DNA from: an uncultured Rivularia sp.
Lineage (GTDB): Bacteria > Cyanobacteriota > Cyanobacteriia > Cyanobacteriales > Nostocaceae
Length of the DNA stretch: 64,000 bases
Direction: 5' to 3'
NCBI GenBank assembly: GCA_963665115.1
Contig: OY762007.1
Location: 7,968,001 to 8,032,000, forward strand
Shown here: positions 53,083 through 64,000 of the stretch, piece by piece
Numbering within the stretch: position 1 is the first letter of the stretch
How the letters are laid out: every line of letters starts with the position of its first letter
The notes under the pieces: model-generated
Told to the model about the DNA's origin: nothing
Seen by the model: the letters and a program-made list of their open reading frames with translations, nothing else
Database searches by the model: none
Position numbers and translations under genes: made by a program

Positions 53083-54372
53083 ATGAAAAAAGTTTTAGGT
53101 ATCATTCTTGGTGGTGGTGCGGGTACCCGTCTCTATCCACTAACAAAGTTCCGTGCTAAACCAGCAGTACCCTTAGCCGGTAAATATCGCCTCATAGATA
53201 TTCCGGTTAGTAACTGTATCAATTCCGAAATATTTAAAATTTATGTCTTAACGCAGTTCAACTCTGCTTCCCTAAACCGGCACCTGACTCGCGCTTACAG
53301 CTTTGCTGGTTTTACTGAGGGTTTTGTTGAAGTCCTCGCCCCACAGAAAACCCCAAACAGTTCGAGTTGGTTCCAAGGTACTGCCGATGCGGTGCGTCAG
53401 TATCAGTGGCTTTTTGAAGAATGGGATATAGATGAGTATTTGATTCTTAGCGGCGACCACCTTTATCGTATGGACTACCGTCAGTTCGTCGAACGTCATA
53501 GAGAAACAGGAGCCGATGTTACTTTATCAGTGGTTCCGATGACGGAACGTGGTGCTTCCGCATTTGGCTTAATAAAAATTGATGATAATGGCAAGATTGT
53601 AAGCTTCAGCGAAAAACCTAAAGGTGAAGCTTTGAAGCAAATGGCTGTTGATACAACTGTACTTGGCTTAGATGCAGATCAGGCTAAAGAAAAGCCGTAC
53701 ATTGCCTCAATGGGGATTTACGTCTTTAAGAAACAAGTTTTACTCGACTTGCTGAAACAATCAAAAGAGCAGACCGATTTTGGTAAGGAAATTCTTCCTA
53801 GTGCATTAGGTAATTACAACGTTCAAGCTTTCTTATTCGATGACTACTGGGAAGATATTGGAACCATTGAAGCGTTTTATAATTCCAATCTGGCATTAAC
53901 TCAGCAACCCCACCCACCCTTTAGCTTCTACGATGAAGATGCACCGATTTACACCCGTTCTCGTTACCTACCTCCCACGAAACTATTAAATTGTCAAGTT
54001 TCGCAATCAATGATTGGAGAAGGCTGTATTATCAAAGATTGCCGGATTGTAAACTCGGTTTTAGGAGTGCGGACGCGCGTTGAATCTGGATGCAATATTG
54101 AAGACACCTTAATTATGGGGTCGGATTTTTACCAGCCTTACGCAGAACGTCAATCCGACTGTAGCGATGGTCCTACTAGTTTAGGTATCGGAGCAAACAC
54201 TACAGTTCGCCGCGCTATCATTGACAAAAATGCTCGCATCGGTTGCGACGTACAGATTATCAATAAAGATAACGTTCAAGAAGCCGACCGTGAAGAACAA
54301 GGTTTCTATATCCGCAGCGGTATTATAGTAGTACTCAAAAATGCGGTGATAGCAGACAAAACAATTATTTAG
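53083..54372 (+). CDS. glgC: Glucose-1-phosphate adenylyltransferase
   Basis: [41 protein letters not shown]. Confidence 0.97.
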   Translation: MKKVLGIILGGGAGTRLYPLTKFRAKPAVPLAGKYRLIDIPVSNCINSEIFKIYVLTQFNSASLNRHLTRAYSFAGFTEGFVEVLAPQKTPNSSSWFQGTADAVRQYQWLFEEWDIDEYLILSGDHLYRMDYRQFVERHRETGADVTLSVVPMTERGASAFGLIKIDDNGKIVSFSEKPKGEALKQMAVDTTVLGLDADQAKEKPYIASMGIYVFKKQVLLDLLKQSKEQTDFGKEILPSALGNYNVQAFLFDDYWEDIGTIEAFYNSNLALTQQPHPPFSFYDEDAPIYTRSRYLPPTKLLNCQVSQSMIGEGCIIKDCRIVNSVLGVRTRVESGCNIEDTLIMGSDFYQPYAERQSDCSDGPTSLGIGANTTVRRAIIDKNARIGCDVQIINKDNVQEADREEQGFYIRSGIIVVLKNAVIADKTII

Positions 54373-54820
54373 TAGTCATCTACAAGACTGAAACTCGGAT
54401 AGCATCAAAGTAGTTAGTAAAAATCTAACTAGAAGAGATGCTCAAACTTCGGTATTTACGCACTCTAAAATCTATTTAGAAGGCAGGCGCAAGGGAATAT
54501 ATAAGGCCCCTTAGTCTCAAATATCTAATTAAGATGTCAACCCCCCTTTTTTTTAAGGGGGGCTTTTGTAAGCTCTATGAGTCAAAATATGTCCCTCCTC
54601 TATCGGACAATATATTTATCCTTCCGATGCAAATATTTTGACCTTAAATAGTACGGAAATTTCACTGCTCCCGACTAGCAAGAACCGCACCTAGTAATTA
54701 TTTAATGTTTGTTAATTTAAAGTCAGAGTTCAAATACCCGCAATTGTTTTCTATGCGGTATATTGGCTCAATTTATACATAGAAAATATAAAGGAAATAC
54801 AACAATCAGGAGGCTAGTAG

Positions 54821-55814
54821 ATGGCTGCAACCGACTTCAAAGATTATTATCAAATTTTAGGAGTGAATAAAAGCGCGACTCAAGAAGATATTAAAAAAGC
54901 TTTTCGTAAATTAGCCCGCAAATATCATCCTGATGTAAATCAAGGCAACAAAGAAGCCGAGGCGCGTTTTAAAGAAGTTAACGAAGCATACGAAGTATTA
55001 TCAGACCCTGAAAAGCGTCAGAAGTACGACCAATTTGGTCAATATTGGAAGCAAGCCGGACAAGGTTTCCCCGGTGGTGCTGCTGGTGCTGGGGTAGATA
55101 TGAATGGTTTTGATTTCGGTCAGTACAACAGCTTTGATGATTTTATCAATGAATTATTAGGACGTTTTGGTGCTGGGAACCGTGGAGGAGGACAAAGCTA
55201 TTCTTACCGGACTTCACCAGGTGGCGCAGGTGGATTTAGTGACTTTGGTGGTTTCCAGGATATGGGTGGTAATGCTGCTCAAGATAGCGAAGCCACTATT
55301 ACTCTAAGTTATGCAGAAGCTTTTAATGGCGTACAAAAGCGGTTTAATTTGGGTAATGAAACTATTGATGTTCGCATACCTGCCGGAGCAAAACCTGGCA
55401 GTCGTTTACGAGTCAGAGGTAAAGGCCCCAGTTAGCCCTTTAAATAGACGACGTGGCGATTTATATTTGGTAGTTGAGCTTGGAAACCACCCGTTTTTTA
55501 AATTTGATGGGAATAACTTGCTATGTGAAGTTGATATTACTCCCGACGAAGCTGTATTAGGAGCAACGATAAAAGTACCGACACCTGACGGTATGGTTGA
55601 TGTCAAAATTCCACCCGGAGTACGTGCCAACCAATCCTTACGATTGCGCGGCAAAGGTTGGCGAAATCCGAAAGGCGATCGCACTGACCAATTAGTTAAG
55701 ATTGCCATTGCTGTACCAAAAGAGATCGGTGAGCAGGAAAGGGAATATTATCAAAAAATCCGAGATATTCGTACCTTCAATCCTCGCAGTAATTTACAGC
55801 AATTTAGATTATAA
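54821..55814 (+). CDS. DnaJ class B (CbpA-like) co-chaperone, frameshifted at ~55426-55429
   Basis: J domain with HPD, G/F-rich region and C-terminal domain; deleting one C in GGCCCCA joins [18 protein letters not shown]. Confidence 0.85.
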
Positions 55815-56006
55815 CTATTGTTTATCAGTAATAAGAGTAGGCAAAACTTGCTCTTTTTTAAGAAGAATAAAACAGTAAATATTAATTTTAATTTTACAAA
55901 AACCCGATTTATTTGATAAATCGGGTTTTTAAATCGGGTTTTTCTGTAGGGAACATTCCAATTGTTGAAAAATCCGCAGGTAGTACTTCATTTCATTTGT
56001 TCTGAC

Positions 56007-56197
56007 GGGTTGTAGAGACGTAGCAGTGCTACGTCTCCCGACGTTAGGTCGAAAACGAACCCTTCATAATTTATGCAATCGACCACTAGTAGTCCTTTGC
56101 ATTAGTTTTAATGGGTTGTAGAGACGTAGCAGTGCTACGTCTCCCGACGTTAGGTCGAAAACGAACCCCTCAGAATTTATGCAAAGGACTACTAGTA
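56007..56197. repeat. Two direct ~106-bp repeats, each starting with the REP-like palindrome
   Basis: GGGTTGTAGAGACGTAGCAGTGCTACGTCTCCCGACGTTAGGTCGAAAACGAACCC at 56007 and 56113. Confidence 0.85.
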
Positions 56198-56554
56198 CTC
56201 CACCACAATAATTCTGCGGGGTTATGAACGGATTAAAAAAACCTTACTAGAGCGCAGAGAGCGCGGAGGAAGAGGGAAAAGAGAATTATTCGATTTCCAA
56301 TAAAATTGCTGTTCACCCGTCAGAATTAATGTTAGCAAAGCGTGCCCGTACCTTTATGTTGTCCCGGAGGGACTTAGGACATAGTGTGTCCGTCAGGATA
56401 TGCATCTTGCTCGCCCTTCTTCCACTAGGGAGCGAGACGCTCCCACTACGAATAATCTACCCATCAAAACTAATGGGACAGACTACTAAATACGGCTATA
56501 ACCAAAAATTTGAAGATAAAATTAATTATATTTTACCCGATTCCCCATTCCCTA

Positions 56555-57109
56555 TTATCGATTCATTAAATTCAAATCAATATAAGAAAGCAATGTTTCT
56601 ACACTGGCATTATGGTCTAAAAAAGAAAATAAATGTTTATAAATCAGTTTTCCTTGTTTATCTAAAATAAATTGTCCGGGTAACGGCGCACCCAATGCTT
56701 GCCCAACTCCATAGTTACGAAATACTTTACAGCTTGGGTCGCTCAATAAGGGCATTTTTAAGCTCAAATCTTTTACAACTATTTGACTTTGACGCTCGTC
56801 AGTACTTGTAATCATTAAAACTTCGACACCCCGATTCTTAAATTGGTCGTAGTTTTCATTCAAAGCTTTAATATGGGGAAAACAGAAGGGACAATATTGC
56901 TTTTCGGTGAAAATTCGAGTTAATGCCACAATTACTGGTTGCTGGTTTTGAAAATCTGATAATTTCACCAAGCTACCATTTGTGATATCAGGAAGTTGAA
57001 ATTGAGGTGTTAATTGTCCTAATTGCAGATTATTATCTGCGGGAATAGGTAAAAAATTACGTACAAAACGCTCGTTAAATAAACCAGTAAAATCGGTAGA
57101 AGTTAACAT
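56555..57109 (-). CDS. AhpC/TSA peroxiredoxin-like protein
   Basis: PQFQLPD, YCPFC and LLSDP thioredoxin-fold motifs; downstream of 2-Cys Prx. Confidence 0.85.
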   Translation of the reverse strand: MLTSTDFTGLFNERFVRNFLPIPADNNLQLGQLTPQFQLPDITNGSLVKLSDFQNQQPVIVALTRIFTEKQYCPFCFPHIKALNENYDQFKNRGVEVLMITSTDERQSQIVVKDLSLKMPLLSDPSCKVFRNYGVGQALGAPLPGQFILDKQGKLIYKHLFSFLDHNASVETLLSYIDLNLMNR

Positions 57110-57321
57110 TTTAAATACTTTATATTTTGAAAATATAATAATTCACGCTCTTTAATGCGGAATATAACTCTATTTAATATTTATTCGCTTTTATAGCTGT
57201 ATATCTTAGGTTTAATTTTTGCTCATCTGAATTACATATTTTCTCACCCTATTTAATAATTAAAGTGTGGTTAATAGTAATTTTATTGCCATTAACCACA
57301 CCTTAATCTGATGACGAAAAT

Positions 57322-57933
57322 CTAAATTGCGGAGAAATACACTTTGGACTTCTCTGGATCGGGATTCATGGTTTTATCGCCAGGCTTCCAACCCGCAGGA
57401 CAAACTTCATCCGGGTGAGATTGGACGTATTGAATAGCTTGTAATGTCCGTAATGCTTCATCTACGTTACGACCAAAAGACAAATTATTGATGGTGGCGT
57501 GCTGAATAACACCATCTTTGTCTATAATGAACAAACCGCGTAAAGCAACGCCTGCTTCCGGGTCTAGCACGTTGTAAGCAGCGCTAACTTCTTTTTTTAT
57601 ATCCGATACCAAGGGATAATTAAGGTCGCCCACTCCACCAGACTTACGGTCTGTCTGAATCCATGCTAAGTGGGAAAATTCGCTGTCAACAGAAACACCA
57701 AGTACTTCAGTGTTAAGCTTTTTAAATTCTTCGTAACGGTCGCTAAAAGCTGTAATTTCAGTGGGACAAACGAAGGTAAAGTCTAAAGGATAGAAAAACA
57801 AAATGGTGTACTTACCGCGATAGTCGGAAAGCTTAACTGTTTTGAATTCTTGGTCAACCACTGCTGTAGCTGTAAAATCTGGAGCCTGTTGACCTACACG
57901 GAGGCATCCTTCTGATGAATAAGTAAGGGGCAT
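57322..57933 (-). CDS. 2-Cys peroxiredoxin
   Basis: [14 protein letters not shown] and EVCPAGW. Confidence 0.96.
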   Translation of the reverse strand: MPLTYSSEGCLRVGQQAPDFTATAVVDQEFKTVKLSDYRGKYTILFFYPLDFTFVCPTEITAFSDRYEEFKKLNTEVLGVSVDSEFSHLAWIQTDRKSGGVGDLNYPLVSDIKKEVSAAYNVLDPEAGVALRGLFIIDKDGVIQHATINNLSFGRNVDEALRTLQAIQYVQSHPDEVCPAGWKPGDKTMNPDPEKSKVYFSAI

Positions 57934-58076
57934 TATAATTTATTCTCCTCGAAACTATACTTTTTGGGCATGGAAATATCGCTGGTTTTCTTAACCTTAA
58001 ACGGTTCCACGCTTTGATTATTTGATTACGAACTGTTACAAATAATATCATACTCATAACGATTTCTCGTTTGCAA

Positions 58077-60198
58077 ATGGGGGATTTAGATACTCGTGAA
58101 TGGTTATTAACGAATGGCTTGGGAAGTTTTGCGAGCGGTACAGTTTCCGATGTCCGCACTCGCGCTTACCACGGTTGGTTGTTTGCTGCAACTTGCCCAC
58201 CTTCTGGGCGTACTTTGTTGATGTCGCATCTAGAAGCTAGTTTAGAACTACCATCAAGGGCGATCGCGTTAGGGACTAATTTCTGGGCTAGCGGTAAAAT
58301 AGAGCCGCAAGGCTACAAGTTGCTACGCCATGTTGATATTAACCCAGTTCCTAAATGGATTTGGGGTGAGGAAGACTGGCAATTAAGCAGACAAATATTT
58401 ATGCCCTACGGATTGCAAGAAAATGGAGATGAAGAGAAGGCAGGAGATTTTGGTGACTCAATAGTTAATACTCATCAAACCCCCAAACGCGATCGCGTAT
58501 TAATTCAGTATCGTTACCAAGGTAGGGATACTGCTGTTTTGAGGTTAAGGTTGCTGATTGGCGATCGCGATTTTCATCATCAGCAAAAAGAAAGTTCTCA
58601 ATTACAATTTTCCCAACAGCTTCAAAAGGGACAGCTTTGTTTGCAATCAAAAAATGCAGGGGAACTTGGTACACCTTGGCATTTGCGCTGGAGTAAAGGC
58701 ACCTATCAAAACGAAGGAATTTGGTACTGGAATTATGCTTTACCAGAAGAAACGCGGCGAGGATTGGGCGACAAAGAAGACCTTTATAGTCCCGGTTACT
58801 TAAGTGTTGTTCTCGAATCGGGAGATACAGTAACAGTAGAAGCGCAACTTGGTTTTTGCGATGAATCAAACATTGCTCTCAATTGTGAAAGCTTTAGCCG
58901 AGAAGTATCAGCAGAAGAAAAAAGGTTATCGGGAATTTTTGGATGGGGAGATGAAGCAGAGGAGGCAGGGGAGGCAGAGGAGGTAATTAAAAAAAATTTT
59001 TCTCCCTCCGCCCAAAAAGAAGGGCTCCCTCCAAAAGATGTAATCAGGAAAAAACTACTACGCGCGAGCGACCAGTTTATAGTTCACAGAGCTTCAATTG
59101 ACGGCCCCAACGGTAATTGCAGGGTATCACTGGTTCAATGATTGGGGACGCGATACTTTGATTGCTTTACCCGGTTTGGCGATAGTACCGCAGCGCTTTG
59201 AAATAGCCAAAGGATTGTTACGAACATTTGGACATTACTGTCGTCAAGGTTTGATTCCCAATGCTTTTCCCGATGCCGGTGGCGAACCTTTCTATAACAG
59301 TATAGATGCAACATTGTGGTGGATTGAGACTCTGGGGCTTTATTTGGAAGCTACCCAAGATTGGGAGTTTTTAGCGGAACAGTATCCTGTAGTACGGCAA
59401 ATTTATAAAGCACTAGTTGGTGGTACGAATTACAAAATAATTGTTGATTCTACTGATGGTTTATTAAGTTGGGATGCTCAAGGTGTAGCTCTTACTTGGA
59501 TGGATGCGGTTGTTGAAGGTGTCCCCATAACTCCGAGACGCGGTAAGCCAGTGGAAATTAATGCTTTGTGGTATTCCGCTTTATGTTGGGCTTCACGATG
59601 GGCGGAAATCTTAAGCGAGCGGCATTTCGGTGAAGAGGGAATGCGTTTAGCTAATCAAGCAGGGAGATATACTCAACAAGCGCAACAAGTAAAGCGATCG
59701 CTGCAAAAATTCTGGAATCCCAAAGATTGCTATTTATACGACACTATTGAACCAGATGACCGTCGCAATTCTCAAATTAGACCGAATGCAGTTTTAGCGC
59801 TTTCATTGAGCCATTGCGGCTTTTCTGCTCAACAAGGATATCAAATACTCGAACGAGCCTCAAAAAGCTTACTTACTCCCTACGGGCTTCGTTCTCTCGA
59901 ACCTTCAGATCCCGAATATATCGGCAAATATATGGGTTCAGCTACAACTCGCGACGCTGCTTATCACCAAGGTACTGTTTGGAGTTGGCTAATAGGTCCT
60001 TTTATCCGGGCTTGGCAGCGCTTTCACAAAGATGAAGCCTTACCTTTTGATTGGGAACCCTTAATGCAGCATTTTTTATCAGATGGTTGTCTTGGCTCAA
60101 TTTCGGAAATTTTTGACGGCGATGAACCGCACAACCCCAAAGGAGCGGTTGCTCAAGCTTGGTCGGTTGCTGAGGCGATTAGACATTTTCAAGGTTGA
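58077..60198 (+). CDS. Amylo-alpha-1,6-glucosidase (glycogen debranching family), frameshifted at ~59105-59108
   Basis: [46 protein letters not shown]. Deleting one C joins SIDG-PTVIAGY. Confidence 0.88.
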
Positions 60199-60370
60199 GG
60201 GAGTTGGGAGTTGGGAGTTGGGAGTTGGGAGTTGGGAGTTGGGAGTTGGGAGTTGGGAGTTGGGAGTTGGGAGTTGGGAGTTGGGAGTTGGGAGTTGGGA
60301 GTAAGGAGTAAGGAGTAAGGAGTAGGGAGTAAGGAGTAAGGAGTAAGGAGTAGGGAGTAGGGAGTAGTGG
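60199..60370. repeat. (GGGAGTT)~14 followed by (AGGAGTA)n heptamer array
   Basis: Long, nearly perfect tandem heptamers. Confidence 0.92.
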
Positions 60371-60501
60371 GTAAATGACTTTTTACCATCTTATTTTTAT
60401 AGAAATGTTCAACCATACATTTTCTACTTTTTACTCTTTACTCGCTACTCCAAGAAGTTCCCTTTGTCCCCATCACTCCCAGATGGCGCAAGCCAAATAA
60501 A

Positions 60502-60537
60502 AATTATGGGATTGACATACTTGCCAATCCCATAATT
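60502..60537 (-). terminator. Putative intrinsic terminator after the tRNA
   Basis: Stem AATTATGGGATTG...CAATCCCATAATT followed by a T-run on the minus strand. Confidence 0.6.
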
Positions 60538-60558
60538 TAATTTAACTAATTAATCAAA

Positions 60559-60632
60559 TGGCTCAGGTGCGACTCGAACGCACGACCAAGGGCTTATGAG
60601 TCCCCTACTCTAACCAACTGAGCTACTGAGCC
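60559..60632 (-). tRNA. tRNA with CAU anticodon (probably elongator Met; Ile2 not excluded)
   Basis: GGCTCAG acceptor stem, TAGCTCAGTTGGTTAGAG D arm, CTCATAA loop, GTTCGAG T loop; CCA not encoded. Confidence 0.92.
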
Positions 60633-60816
60633 AAATTTTATTCACTTACCAATATATCATATAGATAAAGTCTTGACTAGCATCTGAAATGATTTTTTTT
60701 TAAGCAGATAATTGAAAACCAAAATCTATTAATTACCAATAAAAAGCAAAAGAGGGAGACATTCTCCCTCAACCTTCCTGCGGCAATTATCTAGATGCTA
60801 ATAATAATTCGGAAAA

Positions 60817-62865
60817 TTATTTACGAGGCGGAAGGAAAGCTATGGGGTTAACCGCTTTTTTGCCACCTTTGCGGATTTCAAAGTGCAGGTGAGGACCAGT
60901 ACTGAAACCAGTACTACCCATTAAAGAAATTCTCTGACCTTGCTGCACCTGCTGACCTTTACGCACAACAATCTTGCTGTTATGAGCGTAACGAGTCAAG
61001 GTACCATCAGGATGACGAATATCAACTAACTTACCGTAACCACCACGGTTCCAACCAGCAGATACAACTACACCATCAGCAGCTGCATGAATGGGAGTAC
61101 CTGTGGGAGCAGCGATGTCAATTCCCTTGTGCATTCTTCCCCAACGAGGACCGTAACCAGAGGTGAAAACACCTTTAGCGGGCCATGCAAAACCTTTTGC
61201 AGGTGGTTTTGACTCGTCAATTGGTTTGGGTAAGTATCTATCAACTGCTGCCAATGGAGGAAGCCCCGTCGATAGTGTTGTTTTTACAACCGAGGAAGAT
61301 TGAGAACGACCGCTGAAATTTGCAGGAGGTGTTGCAACTCTTATACCTCTACTACGAGAGAAGCTGGGGTTGATATCCTGACCGGGTGTGGGAACGGGAA
61401 TCGGTACTGCTGCTGTATTAGGTCTAGCTACACGAATTGGTACCGAAGAAGTTCCTGTTATAGGCTTTGTAACAGGAATAGGAATAGAGGCTTCAGGTCT
61501 GCTAACGGGCACTTCTACTGAATGTCTATTCGTATTTGTCTCTGGTACAACTACTCCAGACTGTTGAGTGCGGTATTTCTGCCGCAATCTTTCGATTTCT
61601 TCTTTTAATTTACGAAGACGCTCGTTTCGAGAAACTTTTACCGCTAAAGCATTACGTCTGTCAGCAACCTGCATTTCCGTAAATACTGAAGGTACGGGGG
61701 TGTTGCCACCTACACCGAAAGAACTTACAGTTTGCTCGGAATCTTCAACAGTAGGTGAAAACTGATTCTCAGTTTCAACTGTTGGACTATTTGTTGCTGC
61801 AATAACATCGCTGCTATCTTGGGCCGCAGGAACAATCAGTTGTTGATTAACCTTTAGCTCATTGGGGTTAGACAAATTATTTGCCTTAACCATGTCGGAG
61901 ACTGAAGTACCGTAGTTGCCAGCAATTTCAGCTAAGGTGTCTCCAGACTTAACAAGATGTGCCGCAGCTATTGTAGTTGGTGCTGTGATTTGTGCGGTAA
62001 CTGGTGTTGGTACTGTTACAGCTTTTTGTACCTGCTCCACAGCAGTATTCTGCTTTAACCTGGATACAAGTTTGCTTTGGATAGCAGTTTGGTTAGTACT
62101 TACAGTTGATGTTGCTTCAACTTGACTTGGCGACTGCTTTGTTACCGCAGCTTGCTTGACACCTTCAACGGGAGTCGAACGCAATTTGTTAAGACTTGCT
62201 TTTAAACGGTTCGACTTTTGCTTCAAGCGGTTGAGCGCAAACTTTTGTTGAGCTTCAAGCTGAGTATTGCCTTCGGTGGCAATCTCTTGAGCATCCACAG
62301 TTTGTGGAGTGATTGTGAAATTTTGACTCTGCGCTGGCTTCGCTGTGGTAATCGCTCGGGAAATAATCCGTCCCTTGGCCAGTTGCGGTGCGGAGTAAAT
62401 TGTATTATTGTTTGCCGCAGTTACACTTTTTTTCGCAGGCGTTTGTATCCCAAACTGAGCAGACTTTAGATTAGAGGCAACCTGCAACTTAGCTCCAAAC
62501 CCATTTACTTGCGAGATTGCTGTTGGCTCAACCACGGCAGGAATTGTCGCCCTAATCTCGTTGGAGATGGCTTTAAAAGACCGTTTTGGTGTGGGAGCAA
62601 ACTTGACCTCATCAGATGCAGCAGGGATGGCAGAGGCAGTATTTTGATTGCCTACAGGTTCTGCTGCTAGGGCTTGGTCGCTTTGTCGAGTCACGAAAAG
62701 GCTGGTTGCTCCCATCGAGATTGCTAAGCCGATCATTGCGGCTTTTGGCATCCGACGCTTAAAGAGCGGAGTAACTAAGCTACTGTGCTCTATCGAAGCA
62801 ACATCGTTATTAATGGTACTTTCTACTAACACAGCTTTCATTTTCTTCTTCAATGCTCGTTTCAA
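60817..62865 (-). CDS. LysM plus M23 metallopeptidase (NlpD-like)
   Basis: LysM VKSGDTLAEIA; M23 HKGID, YAH and TGPHLHFE. TTG start at 62865 after AGGAGG. Confidence 0.9.
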   Translation of the reverse strand: MKRALKKKMKAVLVESTINNDVASIEHSSLVTPLFKRRMPKAAMIGLAISMGATSLFVTRQSDQALAAEPVGNQNTASAIPAASDEVKFAPTPKRSFKAISNEIRATIPAVVEPTAISQVNGFGAKLQVASNLKSAQFGIQTPAKKSVTAANNNTIYSAPQLAKGRIISRAITTAKPAQSQNFTITPQTVDAQEIATEGNTQLEAQQKFALNRLKQKSNRLKASLNKLRSTPVEGVKQAAVTKQSPSQVEATSTVSTNQTAIQSKLVSRLKQNTAVEQVQKAVTVPTPVTAQITAPTTIAAAHLVKSGDTLAEIAGNYGTSVSDMVKANNLSNPNELKVNQQLIVPAAQDSSDVIAATNSPTVETENQFSPTVEDSEQTVSSFGVGGNTPVPSVFTEMQVADRRNALAVKVSRNERLRKLKEEIERLRQKYRTQQSGVVVPETNTNRHSVEVPVSRPEASIPIPVTKPITGTSSVPIRVARPNTAAVPIPVPTPGQDINPSFSRSRGIRVATPPANFSGRSQSSSVVKTTLSTGLPPLAAVDRYLPKPIDESKPPAKGFAWPAKGVFTSGYGPRWGRMHKGIDIAAPTGTPIHAAADGVVVSAGWNRGGYGKLVDIRHPDGTLTRYAHNSKIVVRKGQQVQQGQRISLMGSTGFSTGPHLHFEIRKGGKKAVNPIAFLPPRK

Positions 62866-63669
62866 AGACAACCTCCTACGATCGCTAGCGCTTAACCGAC
62901 CTCGATTCTTTTGTTCAGAAAACATTCAATGATTTGAATCACTCGGAATAACTGATCGAGATCACATTTACCGGAGATACTTAGGCAAGATTAACCCGGT
63001 TCTCTGTTTTAGACAAGTTAACACTGTACTAGTAAAAATTAAACTTTTGTGCTTACTTGTCCATTACATTAACTACACCCAGATATTGTTTTCCCTTATA
63101 CAGATATATAGAACGTTTACATCTGCCTCAAGAAAACATCAAACTTAAAAGCCTAAAAATCAGACGGGAAGCTTCATGCTTGGGTAATTACAACCTTTAT
63201 AGGTCGCAATTTACGAAATAGGCATATCTCTTGCTGTAGATAACACCATAGGGTGTGCCATATTCCATCTTCCCAACCGAGACTTTACGTTGATTTTTCC
63301 CTAAAGTACAACCGTATTTACTCGCAAGTAAATTTACTCTTCAAAAAAGTCTCAGGGATTCTAATGGAGCCTCAACTGCTTGTCCTACCAAACTTTACCC
63401 TGACTAAATACAGTTATCGGGATAATTCCAATTAACAAAAATCTATGATTCGATTTGAGAAAAACATCAAATTACCTATACAAATTTCTTATATAAAATT
63501 ACTCTCATATGTAAGTATTTTTCATTAGTTATCACACATTGCGGATAAAATAAGTATTCTTTAGAACATAAATAAAAACTTTAATAAGTATTTATTCTAT
63601 CAACAAATAACTCAAATCAATATATTATGACTCTCCAAAGCATTATTACTTATTAACACCTTTACCTCT

Positions 63670-64000
63670 CTAAAGATATCCCAATCGGCGACGTGCCTCA
63701 AATAGGCTCACAGCAACGCTTACAGAAAGATTTAAGCTGCGAACGTTGGGTTCTTTCATCGGAATGTAAAGGGTTTCATCGCAACAATCCAATGCATTTG
63801 CTGGTAAGCCCGTGGTTTCACTACCGAATAAAAGCCAGTCGCTTGCGAGATAATCAAAAGTAGCGTAATTTAAATTACCTCTGACGCTAAATCCCAATTT
63901 TCTTCCTCCACGCTGCTGATGCAGGGATTTGAATGCTTCTAGAGATTCGTGATGATGCAGTTTTACATAGGGCCAGTAATCCAAGCCTGCACGTTTTAGA
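63670..64000 (-). CDS. trmL: tRNA (cytidine34-2'-O)-methyltransferase, SpoU family (5' part outside the window)
   Basis: KRAGLDYW, LLFGSETTGLP, IPM..VRSLNLS. Confidence 0.9.
   Translation of the reverse strand, partial: LKRAGLDYWPYVKLHHHESLEAFKSLHQQRGGRKLGFSVRGNLNYATFDYLASDWLLFGSETTGLPANALDCCDETLYIPMKEPNVRSLNLSVSVAVSLFEARRRLGYL

Noticed and set aside
56007..56197. Possible mini CRISPR array
   Set aside because: Only two copies, identity extends over 55 bp with similar 'spacers', the core is a dispersed REP-like palindrome, and there are no cas genes.
60083..60416. ORFs with WELGVGS / LPTPNSQ repeats (also 14854-15202, 43091-43300, 29638-29862)
   Set aside because: Open frames created by heptamer repeats, with no coding features.
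60559..60632. tRNA as an island integration site
   Set aside because: No integrase, and no duplicated tRNA 3' end was seen in the window.
8111..62932. Numerous 60-150-aa antisense or alternate-frame ORFs in the track
   Set aside because: They overlap well-supported genes and lack recognisable motifs (shadow ORFs).

Overview
AT-rich chromosomal window from a cyanobacterium. Recurring HIP1 GCGATCGC sites and many heptamer tandem repeats suggest a filamentous Nostocales strain (inference). Core loci are rpoZ, the CO2-uptake/carboxysome cluster (cupB-ndhD4-ndhF4 divergent from ccmK2-K1-L-M-N-O plus a LysR regulator), ycf46, glgC, 2-Cys peroxiredoxin, a glycogen debranching enzyme, tRNA(CAU), a LysM-M23 protein and trmL. 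Accessory content includes a Septu-like ATPase+HNH pair, a tnpB-only IS splitting a gene, and a ~18-kb putative conflict island at 23.4-41.3 kb. The island holds two paralogous LRV/HEAT-repeat proteins with a MoxR AAA+ and a metallopeptidase-vWA partner, a MITE-bracketed DpnII-like R-M plus L,D-transpeptidase cassette, an Rpn nuclease, and a TPR-CHAT protease / small protein / 2TM-effector operon whose effector is broken by IS630. A subtilase is followed by a stand-alone copy of its own propeptide. Three genes carry +1 homopolymer frameshifts that may be assembly errors. No CRISPR array or reverse transcriptase was seen. All family assignments come from motif recognition; no database searches were run.
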